Source: Clostridia bacterium
GTDB lineage: Bacteria > Bacillota > Clostridia > UMGS1840
Direction: 5' to 3'
DNA: 64,000 nucleotides
Assembly: GCA_045540295.1 (NCBI GenBank)
Contig: JAZQGY010000013.1
Span: 3,251 to 67,250 of the forward strand
Of the stretch, positions 9,137 through 18,666 are shown one piece after another. Under the pieces are notes generated by a model, which was not told the DNA's origin, did no database searches, and was given only the letters and a program-made list of their open reading frames with translations. Both the position numbers and the translations under genes were made by a program. Within the stretch, counting starts at the first letter, position 1. Every line of letters starts with the position of its first letter.

Positions 9137-9178
9137 AAAAAAATCCCCTGAAATCATATGATTTCAGGGGATTTTTTT
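9137..9178. terminator. Bidirectional terminator (peptide genes / rnpB)
   Basis: Perfect palindrome AAAAAAATCCCCTGAAATCATATGATTTCAGGGGATTTTTTT. Confidence 0.9.
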
Positions 9179-9186
9179 GTTATAGC

Positions 9187-9538
9187 ATGAGCAAAACTAT
9201 AAGCCGGGTTCTGTATTAGACAGCCATCTATCTAGGATAACCATTGCTGATTACCTCAAGCCACAATTCGCACAGCCGAGCAAGCTATCGTGCAGTCTTG
9301 TGTTGCTTCGGGTGGGGTTTACACGGCCAATCAGTTGCCAGATTGCCGGTGAGCTCTTACCTCGCCTTTTCATCCTTACCAGATTCTAAAAAAAGAAAAT
9401 GGCGGTTCTTTTCTGTTGCACTTTCCTTAGAGTTACCTCCACCGGTCGTTAACCGGCACCCTTGCTCTGTGAAGCCCGGACTTTCCTCACGAAAGAATTC
9501 TTTGGGAATTCCTCCCCGCGACTGTCTGTTTTACTCAT
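9187..9538 (-). ncRNA. rnpB: RNase P RNA (bacterial, probably type A)
   Basis: Minus strand has GAGGAAAGTCCGGGCT near the 5' end and ACAGAACCCGGCTTAT near the 3' end, with complementary ends (P1); TTGACA-17-TATCAT promoter at 9547-9575. Confidence 0.95.
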
Positions 9539-9635
9539 CGGATACTATGATAACACAGCCAAAATCATTTGTCAAGTAGGGAACGGCCTGTATGCTGTTC
9601 CCTGTTGTAGTTCATCGAATCATTTGCTGCAATGT

Positions 9636-10091
9636 CTACAGTTTTACCTTCATCACAATTTTCTGAACCGGTTCAGAAACCCCATCAAATGCTACGCAAG
9701 GTCTGTGAGCATCGTTGGGTAACAGCACCACAAAGCAACCGGGAGTTAAGGTTAATGCAGATGCATTGCCGTCCACTTTATAAAACGCGGCATCCCAGTC
9801 TTCCCGATACGCATCAGTCAGCTCCGATTTTGTGATATCGTTCACATACATGATTTCTTTTCCGGAAACGATAAACTGAATATCAATATATTTTTCGTGA
9901 GCTTCCATTTTGCCGTCTTCGGTTAAGGTGTTATACGCCTGCACCGATGCAAAAAGGCTGTCTCCGTCAATCTCATGCTTCCCGGGTTCAGGAAATTGTT
10001 TCATTGCATCTTTTAAAAAAGAAAACGCCTTTTTATATTGGGGATGCAATCCAAAATACTGTTCGCAATTTGCAATGGTATCAAAAATCAT
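9636..10091 (-). CDS. YhcH/YjgK/YiaL (DUF386) family protein
   Basis: MIFDT, EAHEKYIDIQ, PNDAHRP, KIVMKV. Confidence 0.9.
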   Translation of the reverse strand: MIFDTIANCEQYFGLHPQYKKAFSFLKDAMKQFPEPGKHEIDGDSLFASVQAYNTLTEDGKMEAHEKYIDIQFIVSGKEIMYVNDITKSELTDAYREDWDAAFYKVDGNASALTLTPGCFVVLLPNDAHRPCVAFDGVSEPVQKIVMKVKL

Positions 10092-10106
10092 AGTAAATCT
10101 CCTGTC

Positions 10107-10907
10107 TTACGGACGCAGACCCATGCCACCTTCTAAGGTGAGGGTTTCGCCGTTTAAGTATTTGAAGTCCGGATTTGCCAGCTGCACACAAACTCTGCCG
10201 ATTTCAGTTTCAGGATCGCCGAAATGACCTGCAGGAGGCATTTTTACGTTTGCTTTAAAAGCATCCGGATATGCTTTTTCAAAGTTTTCCAGCTGCGCAG
10301 TCCAAGCCAGCGGGCAAACTACGTTGGTATTGATGCCATCTTTTGCCCATTCGGTTGCTGCCACACGGCTCAATCCTCGGATGCCTTCTTTTGCTGCTGC
10401 ATAAGAACACTGTCCGTAATTGCCGAACAGCCCAGCACCGGAAGCAAAGTTCACGATAGAGCCTTGTGTTTCCTTTAAATAAGGATAGCAAGCCTTCATA
10501 TAGTAGAAGGTTGCATATAAGCCGGAATACATTGCTAAATCAAACTGTTCTGTGGTGTGGTCCTGAATGGTCACGCCGGATGCAGAGGCTTGAGCATTGT
10601 TAATTAACACATCAATTCTGCCAAAGGCTTTCATTGCTTCTTCTGCAACCATTTTTGCAGTGGCTTCATTGTCGTTTCCTGCAGCGATATCAGCCTGCAA
10701 AGCCAACACCTTGATGCCGTATTTGGCTTCTAAGTCTTCTTTTGCTTTTTCCAATTTTGCCACATTACGGCCGGTGATTACGATGTTTGCACCTTCTTTT
10801 GCATAAGCAGTGGCAATTCCGTAGCCGATGGAGCCACATCTGCCGTCAGATAACACGGCGTAGCCTGCTCCTGTGATAATCGCAGTTTTACCAGTTAAAA
10901 ATCCCAT
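10107..10907 (-). CDS. SDR oxidoreductase, probable bile-acid 12alpha-hydroxysteroid dehydrogenase
   Basis: TGAG-insert-SIGYGIATAYAKEGAN, NNAQ, YAAAK; resembles clostridial 12alpha-HSDHs as I recall them. Confidence 0.75.
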   Translation of the reverse strand: MGFLTGKTAIITGAGYAVLSDGRCGSIGYGIATAYAKEGANIVITGRNVAKLEKAKEDLEAKYGIKVLALQADIAAGNDNEATAKMVAEEAMKAFGRIDVLINNAQASASGVTIQDHTTEQFDLAMYSGLYATFYYMKACYPYLKETQGSIVNFASGAGLFGNYGQCSYAAAKEGIRGLSRVAATEWAKDGINTNVVCPLAWTAQLENFEKAYPDAFKANVKMPPAGHFGDPETEIGRVCVQLANPDFKYLNGETLTLEGGMGLRP

Positions 10908-10941
10908 AGTAATTCTCCTTTTTTATTAGATATTAAAAATC

Positions 10942-13611
10942 TTACTTCTTATTCAAACCATATTTTTTTACAATTTGTCTGGCTTTATCCGGTCGTCGGA
11001 GTTCCACCAAAGTAATTGCGTACCCTCTTGCAGTATCCTTAGTATTGCGACTGGATAAACCGTACACTTCTTCACAATCACGTAGCAAGGCACGCAACAC
11101 AAGTTCTGCTCTACCATACTTTTTCATCTGAACCAGAGTTTTAGAAAGAGACGATCTGCACAGCATAGTTTCCGGATGCTTTGCACCCAGAACTGACGTA
11201 GCCTGACTGACCAATTCCTCCAACTGTGGCAACGCTTCCTCCTGATGCTTCAAATCTCTTAGCAAACGTGCCACATTTCTTCTGGAAGAAAACACCTTCG
11301 GGTGGTTTTCCCCTAAAACTTCTATCCGGTCATGAAGGACTTCGCGGTGTATTTCCAATGCTTGTTCTTTTTCTCCGAGATCCATCAGCGTCAAAGCAAT
11401 ATTAAAACGGACTGTCAGGGTAATCGGGTGACTCTCGCCATAAATTTCTTTTTGAATCCGAAAGACCTCCCTTTGCATTTCGAGAGCTTCTTCCTGACGC
11501 CCCATATCACATAGGATACAAGACAAATTATTTACCGAAGCAATGGTATCCGGATGGTTTGCTCCTAAATATTGCTGTCGTTTTTTCAAAACCTCTTCTT
11601 TCAGCTTCAAAGCATCATCATATTGCATTAGTTTATACAAAATCATCGCTTTGTTGCCCATAGCCTGCAAGGTCATAGCATGATTTTCTCCGTAATATTC
11701 AATACGCTTCTGTATGACCTCTTCCTGCATCCGCAATGCTTCCTCAGGTTCCTCTGCGTTGCAAAGTGACGCTGCTAACAGGCTTCTCGCCAAAACAGTC
11801 TGCGGGTGATCCGCTCCTAAAACCAGGGCTCGTTTTTCGGCAGTTTTCCGATGCAGATTGATTGCCTCATCAAGATGTCCGAAATCTTCCAAGGCGGTGG
11901 CAATGTTTCCCAACACCACCAAAGTTTCCTGATGATCCTCTCCCAAAATTCTCACGGCTTCCCGATAGGTATGTTCCTTTTGAGTAAGAGATTCCTTCCA
12001 ATTGCCCTTTTGCTCTTCAAAATAGCAATTATCAATGGACGCAGCAACATAAAGGATATCATCCTTCTGCTCGGTAGCATAGATGAAAAACGGACGGAAT
12101 ATCATTTCCGCCTGTTCAAATAAACAGGTATCAATCATTTTTTGCAGTTCGGGACGAATGTGTTCACAATAAAACTGATACAACTCTTCCCTGCTTAAAT
12201 CTAAAAGCATACCGGCACGCAACAAATGCTGAAGACGCATACCGTATTGTGTGTCATAAATATCGTCAGTAGCGTTCTCTCCGGAGAAACATTCCAGCAT
12301 CGCCTGCCCGGTCTTCTTCCGCAATGAAACGGGACATCGCTGTTCCAAGACCTGCCCAACCGTCTGATGCACAGCAAAAACAGCCTGTTCTGTTTCACTG
12401 ATAAAGGAAAGCCCTTTGATTTTCTGATATAAGGTGTACGGAAACGGTGAAAATACCTTTTCGGCAACCTTGGTTACGATTTCGTCATTCCAACGCCCGA
12501 GACACACTAAAAAGTACACAAAATCCTGCGTTCTGTCGTCCATATAACGCACAAAGCTTTCAATGAGTTCTTCCGGCGTTTCCCCAAATACATCGATGGT
12601 AGGTGTTTCGCCGTTTCCAACCAACTCGTCATATGTATCCATACAAAGATTCAGATACAGCGGTGTTCCGCCCGTCAACCGATAAAGCTGTTTGCGAAGC
12701 GATACATCGTTCACGCCGGATCCTGCCAAAAAGCTGTCGCTATCGTCCTCGGAAAGGTTCCCTAAAAGGTGCTGTTCCAGTGCACCGCACCAATCTTTGT
12801 TGAAATCTTCCCATTTTAATTTATTTCTGCCACCAATGACCCAAAGCACATTGGGAATACGCTGAATCAAACCGTTGACATCTCTGAGCCATAAGTCGCT
12901 GTGCAATGGATTTCCCAAGCCGGAAATCTCGTTTACAAGCATTTCATAGGTATCTAAAAATACCACAAAAGGCTGATTTTGATCCTTTAAATTGTACTGC
13001 ATATCCAATGCGAAATAATAAGGAAGATGCTTGTACAACTCTTTTAAGTCAATATGATCCATTTTCTGGATATTATTCTTATTGCGTTTTAAATAATTCC
13101 GGAATTCTGCCAATGCGTCATCTGCAACCTCGAAAATCTTGGTTGCCACAGAGCCGGTCAACACGTCCAGCGTTTTCACTGCCAGACGCAAAAACGGACT
13201 TTTCTGGCAGAACTGCTGAATATCCCTCTCATTAAAATGTGTGTTAGTTCGTTTGGCGTAAGTGATATTGGCAATATCAAACTGGGGAAACGTGAAATGA
13301 TATTTTGTTGTCAACTCTTCTGCCAATCGGGTCAACACAGTACGACTGTCCTGAGCATCGCAAAAATCAAACTGCACATACATCGGGTTTTGCACCTGCT
13401 CACGTAATTCTTCTGTTAGTTTTTCCAGTAGGGTGCTTTTCCCGATTCCGCCTACACCGTAATAATGCAACACATTAACAGCGCTGATTCCGTTTTGCAT
13501 CTGTTCCTCTACCTGGCGGTACCGATTCCAGAAGGCTGCTCTGGGAGTTTCACGGTCTGTGAAAACTCGAAGAGTTTCTTCCTGATACCCACCATAGGTT
13601 ACATTCATCAT
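10942..13611 (-). CDS. STAND-like P-loop ATPase with C-terminal 42-aa TPR repeats
   Basis: FTDRE, Walker A GVGGIGKST, Walker B FVVFLDTYE, GGTPLYL (GxP); 8 repeats of the (L/Y)GxxHPxT type. Confidence 0.85.
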   Translation of the reverse strand: MMNVTYGGYQEETLRVFTDRETPRAAFWNRYRQVEEQMQNGISAVNVLHYYGVGGIGKSTLLEKLTEELREQVQNPMYVQFDFCDAQDSRTVLTRLAEELTTKYHFTFPQFDIANITYAKRTNTHFNERDIQQFCQKSPFLRLAVKTLDVLTGSVATKIFEVADDALAEFRNYLKRNKNNIQKMDHIDLKELYKHLPYYFALDMQYNLKDQNQPFVVFLDTYEMLVNEISGLGNPLHSDLWLRDVNGLIQRIPNVLWVIGGRNKLKWEDFNKDWCGALEQHLLGNLSEDDSDSFLAGSGVNDVSLRKQLYRLTGGTPLYLNLCMDTYDELVGNGETPTIDVFGETPEELIESFVRYMDDRTQDFVYFLVCLGRWNDEIVTKVAEKVFSPFPYTLYQKIKGLSFISETEQAVFAVHQTVGQVLEQRCPVSLRKKTGQAMLECFSGENATDDIYDTQYGMRLQHLLRAGMLLDLSREELYQFYCEHIRPELQKMIDTCLFEQAEMIFRPFFIYATEQKDDILYVAASIDNCYFEEQKGNWKESLTQKEHTYREAVRILGEDHQETLVVLGNIATALEDFGHLDEAINLHRKTAEKRALVLGADHPQTVLARSLLAASLCNAEEPEEALRMQEEVIQKRIEYYGENHAMTLQAMGNKAMILYKLMQYDDALKLKEEVLKKRQQYLGANHPDTIASVNNLSCILCDMGRQEEALEMQREVFRIQKEIYGESHPITLTVRFNIALTLMDLGEKEQALEIHREVLHDRIEVLGENHPKVFSSRRNVARLLRDLKHQEEALPQLEELVSQATSVLGAKHPETMLCRSSLSKTLVQMKKYGRAELVLRALLRDCEEVYGLSSRNTKDTARGYAITLVELRRPDKARQIVKKYGLNKK

Positions 13612-13650
13612 TAGGCTTCCCCTCCCGTTTTTAAAGCTGTTTTTTAAAAA

Positions 13651-14523
13651 CTACATATTCGCTTTATAAACATCTGCCACTTCGGTAATAGTGATAAAGG
13701 CAGTGTTATCAATCTGATGAACCAATTCTCTCATTTTGGAAATCTGGAAACGGTCCACGATAAAATAAATCACGGTTTTATCCTGGTTGGAATAGCCACC
13801 TTTTGCGGCAATCCGGGTTGCGCCGCTTTCAAAGGTGCTCATTAAGGTTTCGCATACCTCGTCCGGCTTTTGGGTGATAATCATTGCCGCTTTGGAACGG
13901 TCAAAGCCTTCCACAATAAAGTCGATGGTTTTTAATCCCGCATAATAGGTCACAATAGAATATAGCGGAAGAATCCAACTGTTTAACAAAATGCCGCAGA
14001 TGACATATAAAACTACGTTATAAATCATCACAAAGGTGCCAACGGTTAATCCAAGTTTTTTCGCGAAGGTAACTGCCATAACCTCAATGCCGTCAATGGC
14101 ACCGCCAAAACGGATGGTAAGACCGCTGCCCATCCCGGAAATGACGCCGCCAAATAAAGCACAAAGCAATAAATCGTTTCCTGCAAAAGGAGAAGAAAAA
14201 GCTACATCCAACGGAAGCACATCGGTAATGAGCCAAGCTCCCAGAGAATACATAATCACCGCATAAATGGAATACACGGTAAATCCGAGTCCTTGCTTTT
14301 TATACCCAAATGCAAAAAGAGGAATATTTAAAATCAAAAGGAAAAAGGACAAAGACAGATATTCAGGCGTTAACTGAGAAAGCAAAATAGAGGTTCCGGA
14401 AATCCCGCTGTCATACAGTTTGACAGGTGCCAGAAACACAGTTACCCCAAAGGCATTGATAAACCCTGCCACGGTTAACAGTAAAAAATTCTTCAGTTTC
14501 ACTTCTTCCCGTAATCGCTTCAA
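13651..14523 (-). CDS. YitT family membrane protein (DUF161 + DUF2179)
   Basis: SGISGTS, LNIPLF, GGAIDG, KGGYS, DNTAFITI. Confidence 0.9.
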   Translation of the reverse strand: MKRLREEVKLKNFLLLTVAGFINAFGVTVFLAPVKLYDSGISGTSILLSQLTPEYLSLSFFLLILNIPLFAFGYKKQGLGFTVYSIYAVIMYSLGAWLITDVLPLDVAFSSPFAGNDLLLCALFGGVISGMGSGLTIRFGGAIDGIEVMAVTFAKKLGLTVGTFVMIYNVVLYVICGILLNSWILPLYSIVTYYAGLKTIDFIVEGFDRSKAAMIITQKPDEVCETLMSTFESGATRIAAKGGYSNQDKTVIYFIVDRFQISKMRELVHQIDNTAFITITEVADVYKANM

Positions 14524-14553
14524 ATAAATGCTCCTCTCATAAAAAACAATTGC

Positions 14554-15762
14554 CTATTTCCACAAATCAAGATTCAAAAACTTTCCCATCAGTTCATAGC
14601 CGTTTTCAATGTGAAATCCTGTTTCTTTGGCGGTATCTTCATTGTAGACATCGCCATCCACTTCTTTTTTGCTGTAGTATGCAAAGAAGGGAACCGCATC
14701 TCTGGCGTGAGTACCCGTTGCAATGGGAGTGGGATGGTCAGGCGCTACCAAAATGGCAAAGTCTTCCCCACTGTCCTCTAAATAACGGCAAACAGGGCCA
14801 ATCACTTTTTCATCAATCAGTTCAATTGCCAGTTTTTTGTTATCTGCTTCAAAACGGTGGCCGCACTCGTCAGGTGCTTCCATGTGCACATACACGAAAT
14901 CGTCACCACTGCGAAATGCATCTATACAAGCCTGCGCTTTCCCGTCAAAATTCGTATCAATATTGCCGGTAACACCGTCCACCTCAATGGAACGCATACC
15001 GGTTAAAATGCCGATGCCTTTAATTAAGTCAACAGCACTGATTACAGAACCTTTCACGCCGAATTTTTCCCGGAAGCTATCCATTCTCGGCCGTTTCCCT
15101 TCGCCCCATACCCAAATGGAAGAAGCAGGCCTTTTGCCTTCTTTGATTCTTTCAATATTATAAGGATGATTTTTTAAAAACTCATAGCTTTTCTTCATCA
15201 GCGAAAGAATTTGGGTATCTTTTGGAAGATAGTCCCTCACGGGACGCTTGGAAATATCGTGAGGCGGAATCAGTTTTCCTTCTACCTGCTTATCTGCCAA
15301 AACCAAAAGATGACGGTAAGAAACTCCGGCATAAATTTTAGTCCGTTCGTCATTTAAAACAGGCATCAAATCTGCAATAATTTTTTTTGCATCTGCAGTT
15401 TTGATTTCCCCTGCACTGTAGTCTTCCATTACCAAATCTTCGTATACACCTTCTCCTGTAAGTGTTACCAGATTGGCACGAAACGATGTTTCGTTATCCT
15501 CCAAGGTAACGCCGATACTCGCCGCTTCCAAAGGAGAACGGCCGGTGTAATACAGATTGGAATCATACCCCATCACCGAAAGATTACACACGTCACTTCC
15601 GGGGGACAGATGATCCGGCACAGTTTTTAAGGTGCCTAAAACAGCCTTTTTAGCATACTTGTCCATGTTGGGGGTATGTGCTGCCTCGAGAGGTGTTTTG
15701 TTGTCAAATTCACGAATCTTAAGGTCTGCCATCCCGTCACACAAAAAAACAACATATTTCAT
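14554..15762 (-). CDS. apgM: Cofactor-independent phosphoglycerate mutase (ApgM type)
   Basis: DGMAD, TPLEAA, PGSDV, GRSPLEA, EAPDECGH, PDHPTP. Confidence 0.88.
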   Translation of the reverse strand: MKYVVFLCDGMADLKIREFDNKTPLEAAHTPNMDKYAKKAVLGTLKTVPDHLSPGSDVCNLSVMGYDSNLYYTGRSPLEAASIGVTLEDNETSFRANLVTLTGEGVYEDLVMEDYSAGEIKTADAKKIIADLMPVLNDERTKIYAGVSYRHLLVLADKQVEGKLIPPHDISKRPVRDYLPKDTQILSLMKKSYEFLKNHPYNIERIKEGKRPASSIWVWGEGKRPRMDSFREKFGVKGSVISAVDLIKGIGILTGMRSIEVDGVTGNIDTNFDGKAQACIDAFRSGDDFVYVHMEAPDECGHRFEADNKKLAIELIDEKVIGPVCRYLEDSGEDFAILVAPDHPTPIATGTHARDAVPFFAYYSKKEVDGDVYNEDTAKETGFHIENGYELMGKFLNLDLWK

Positions 15763-15954
15763 ATTATTACCTCCAAACGGTTGTATCAAATTTAGGGTCC
15801 GGTAATGCTAAAATTATTTCTTTTTATTATAGCATATCCGCTTCGGTTTTTCAAGTTTTTTTAGAAAATATTCCGGAGATACTCTTGCGTTTTTGTAATT
15901 TATGATTTATAATGAATCTAAAGGAAAATAACCGCTTTAAAAAGGAGAATTTCT

Positions 15955-17157
15955 ATGGCAGATTTTCTGAACGTTTTTGGCTCTATGCTGCTGATTTTAG
16001 CAGGAATCTGTGTACTGATTGCACTTTTTAAACCAAGACAAAACCCGTTAACTCCCAAAAAAATCAATTTTGAAAACTGGATTTGGATTGCTCTGATTGC
16101 ACTGTTCTCCCGATGGTTCTTTTATCTGATGGGATATTGGATGAGTGGTGAAAATGTTCCCTTTGCCAAGCTGATTGGCCAAGCATTTTCCGTTTCCGGT
16201 GATTCTCCTCATTATCTGTATCTGGCAGAGCACGGTTATACAGCAACGGGTGAACACGCAAAGCTCATCGTGTTCTATCCGTTATATCCTCTTCTGATAA
16301 GAATTTTTAATATCATTTGCCAAAATTACTTTGTCAGTGGGGTTATCGTCTCCAACCTTTCCTTTATGGCAGCTGCCTGCGTGTTTTATGAGCTTTTGCG
16401 GTTAGACTATAGCGATAAACAGGCTGTAAGCGGACTTTGTCTTCTGATGGTGGCACCCTTCTCCATGTTTTACGGTGCTATTTTCACTGAAAGTGTGTTT
16501 CTTCTGACAACGGTGCTTTGCCTGTATTTTATGCGAACAAAAAAGCCTGGATGGATGGCACTCTGCGGATTTTTAGCTTGTCTTTCCAGAACCCAGGGCG
16601 TTCTTTTATTTGTGTGCGCGATGGTAAACGTCTTCTGTGAGCTCATTTGCGAAAAGAAATTCAAAATAAAAGAATTTCTTTGGTCCCTGGTAATTCCGTT
16701 GGGATTTTTCGTATATCTTCTGATGAATCAAATCATCTTCGGAAACTGGTTCCAGTACTTGGAGTTTCAAGCAGCAGCCCCGTGGTACAACAAAGCACAA
16801 TGGTTCGGAAAAACCTTATCATACAGTTATAATATGGCACAAGATTACCCGTTTTTGGCAAATATCATCTATTGGCCTCAGCTCATCTTATTCTTTGTCG
16901 GAACGCTCTCTATTTTCTACGGTATTTATAAAAAAGTACGCACAGAATACCTGGTGTACCTTGGTGCCTACATTTTCACCTGCTACACCCACGGATGGCT
17001 CATCAGCGGCTCCCGTTATATGTGTGCTTGCGTGCCGTTATTCATCATTTTTGCATCCATTAAAAATCAATATGTACGTTACATATTCATTGCAATCAGT
17101 ATGATTCTCTGCCTGATATACACAAAGCTATGGCTTTATGGAGAAGCCATTATGTAA
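15955..17157 (+). CDS. GT-C polytopic glycosyltransferase (mannosyltransferase/PIG-V-like)
   Basis: D..HYLYLAEHGY, FYPLYPLL, FTESVFL, RTQG, many TM helices. Confidence 0.8.
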   Translation: MADFLNVFGSMLLILAGICVLIALFKPRQNPLTPKKINFENWIWIALIALFSRWFFYLMGYWMSGENVPFAKLIGQAFSVSGDSPHYLYLAEHGYTATGEHAKLIVFYPLYPLLIRIFNIICQNYFVSGVIVSNLSFMAAACVFYELLRLDYSDKQAVSGLCLLMVAPFSMFYGAIFTESVFLLTTVLCLYFMRTKKPGWMALCGFLACLSRTQGVLLFVCAMVNVFCELICEKKFKIKEFLWSLVIPLGFFVYLLMNQIIFGNWFQYLEFQAAAPWYNKAQWFGKTLSYSYNMAQDYPFLANIIYWPQLILFFVGTLSIFYGIYKKVRTEYLVYLGAYIFTCYTHGWLISGSRYMCACVPLFIIFASIKNQYVRYIFIAISMILCLIYTKLWLYGEAIM

Positions 17158-17162
17158 CGCTG

Positions 17163-17196
17163 AAAAAAAGCATCTGCTGCTTGCAGATGCTTTTTT
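17163..17196. terminator. Bidirectional terminator
   Basis: AAAAAAGCATCTGC...GCAGATGCTTTTTT. Confidence 0.85.
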
Positions 17197-17205
17197 CAAT
17201 ATCGC

Positions 17206-17472
17206 TTAAAACGGCAAAATCATAAGTACCATACCGTTTAGAACAACGAATAACGGAATCAGAAGACGGAATTTCATCTTGGAAGTTTTATGATTCCACA
17301 GAACCATTCCAAACATTGCGCCAACACCGCCAAATAAAAACGCCACAAGCAGCATCAGCCCTTCCTGGATTCTGCTCCAATGTTTTTTTGCCGCCAGCTT
17401 ATCCCATCCGAACAGAAAGAAGACAATCAGATTCCATACAGTAAATGCAATACTCCATAATTCGTTCCGCAT
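17206..17472 (-). CDS. DUF1294 family membrane protein
   Basis: FGWDKLAAKK..RIQE, GGVGA, HKTSKMKF. Confidence 0.88.
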   Translation of the reverse strand: MRNELWSIAFTVWNLIVFFLFGWDKLAAKKHWSRIQEGLMLLVAFLFGGVGAMFGMVLWNHKTSKMKFRLLIPLFVVLNGMVLMILPF

Positions 17473-17493
17473 AACAATACTCCTTATCAACCG

Positions 17494-18522
17494 TTATTCA
17501 AACTGGACTCCCGTTGCAGGATCAATCAGATTGATGATGGTTTTGCCGGCATTGATTTGAAGTGGGGTACCGTCTGCCTTTTTATAAACAGTGTCTTCAC
17601 GGCGGGAGGGTTTATGCCAGGTGATTTCTTCGTACACACCGTTAGTGATATAATAGCCTTTTCCGCTACCGGTATTCAGAAGGTTTCGGCGGTCAGTGCC
17701 GTCACCTAATGCAGTCACCGGTACCAGTTGCACAATCACATTCCGGAAGGAAACGGTTTTTCCGTTTTGCAAAACATGGGGTTCTGAGAAAATCTGTTTT
17801 TCATATAAGCCGGTATCGGAATTGTAAATGTAAGAAGTTTTGTATCTGCCGGAATAGTTCAGATACACGGTGTTTGCTTCCAAGTCAGAATCCGGGGTGA
17901 ACAGTTGTGTTGCGTAAGATAAACCGTTCGTCCGCTCAGTGGTATCGTAAAAGCCTTTCTGATCAGCTTTCGCCTTGATTTTTGCAATGGAGGTATAGGC
18001 ACTGTGCCAATCGCCCTTGAATTTTTCTTCTCTCCAGAAAATATCGCCATCTCCGCCTAAAACACCGTTGATTTTTTGTATTCCGTATGCAGAAATATCT
18101 TCAATGGCTTTGGGGCTCCAGCCGAAATGAGTATAAATCGCATCATTTTCCATCACATAATCCAAAAAGTAGTGACGGGAGGAACGAACCGGCCCGATTT
18201 TCTCGGTATCAACCCCACGGTACAACGCCATAAAGCGGGTAGAGCCGCCTTCCACGTTCATTTCATAAACTAAGTACGCCTCATCCAGACCTGCATGGGG
18301 ACGGGCGTTTTTATCATCATTGTCAATCATCACGGCAATGGGACGTTCATCCGTGTTGATATAAGTATCTAAAAAGATTTCTTCGGGAGATGGGGTCGGC
18401 TCTGGTGTAGCAGTGGGAGTGGGTGCAGGCGTTTCGCTTTCAGAACCGGTATTCGGCGCGGAACAGCCGGCTAAAATAGCTACCGCCAACAGCATCGCAA
18501 TTATGGAAACAACTCGTTTCAT
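17494..18522 (-). CDS. DUF3048 (YerB-like) lipoprotein
   Basis: Lipobox LAGC, PT-rich linker, RPIAVMIDN, VEGGSTRF, GPVRSSRHY. Confidence 0.9.
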   Translation of the reverse strand: MKRVVSIIAMLLAVAILAGCSAPNTGSESETPAPTPTATPEPTPSPEEIFLDTYINTDERPIAVMIDNDDKNARPHAGLDEAYLVYEMNVEGGSTRFMALYRGVDTEKIGPVRSSRHYFLDYVMENDAIYTHFGWSPKAIEDISAYGIQKINGVLGGDGDIFWREEKFKGDWHSAYTSIAKIKAKADQKGFYDTTERTNGLSYATQLFTPDSDLEANTVYLNYSGRYKTSYIYNSDTGLYEKQIFSEPHVLQNGKTVSFRNVIVQLVPVTALGDGTDRRNLLNTGSGKGYYITNGVYEEITWHKPSRREDTVYKKADGTPLQINAGKTIINLIDPATGVQFE

Positions 18523-18606
18523 CTCTCATCAACCTTTCTGTTTACAGATTGGGAATCATCCCTACTTTTTTTGTAATTTCTACAATTTCATTGTAACACA
18601 TAAAAT

Positions 18607-18645
18607 AAAAAATGACAATACTTGTTACAGTATTGTCATTTTTTT
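18607..18645 (-). terminator. Intrinsic terminator after the Gfo/Idh/MocA gene
   Basis: AAAAATGACAATACT...AGTATTGTCATTTTT. Confidence 0.7.
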
Positions 18646-18666
18646 GTTATTTTGTATGATTTTGTG

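Noticed and set aside
9244-9722. ORFs 9244..9579 and 9462..9722
   Set aside because: Antisense to RNase P RNA and its promoter; no protein features
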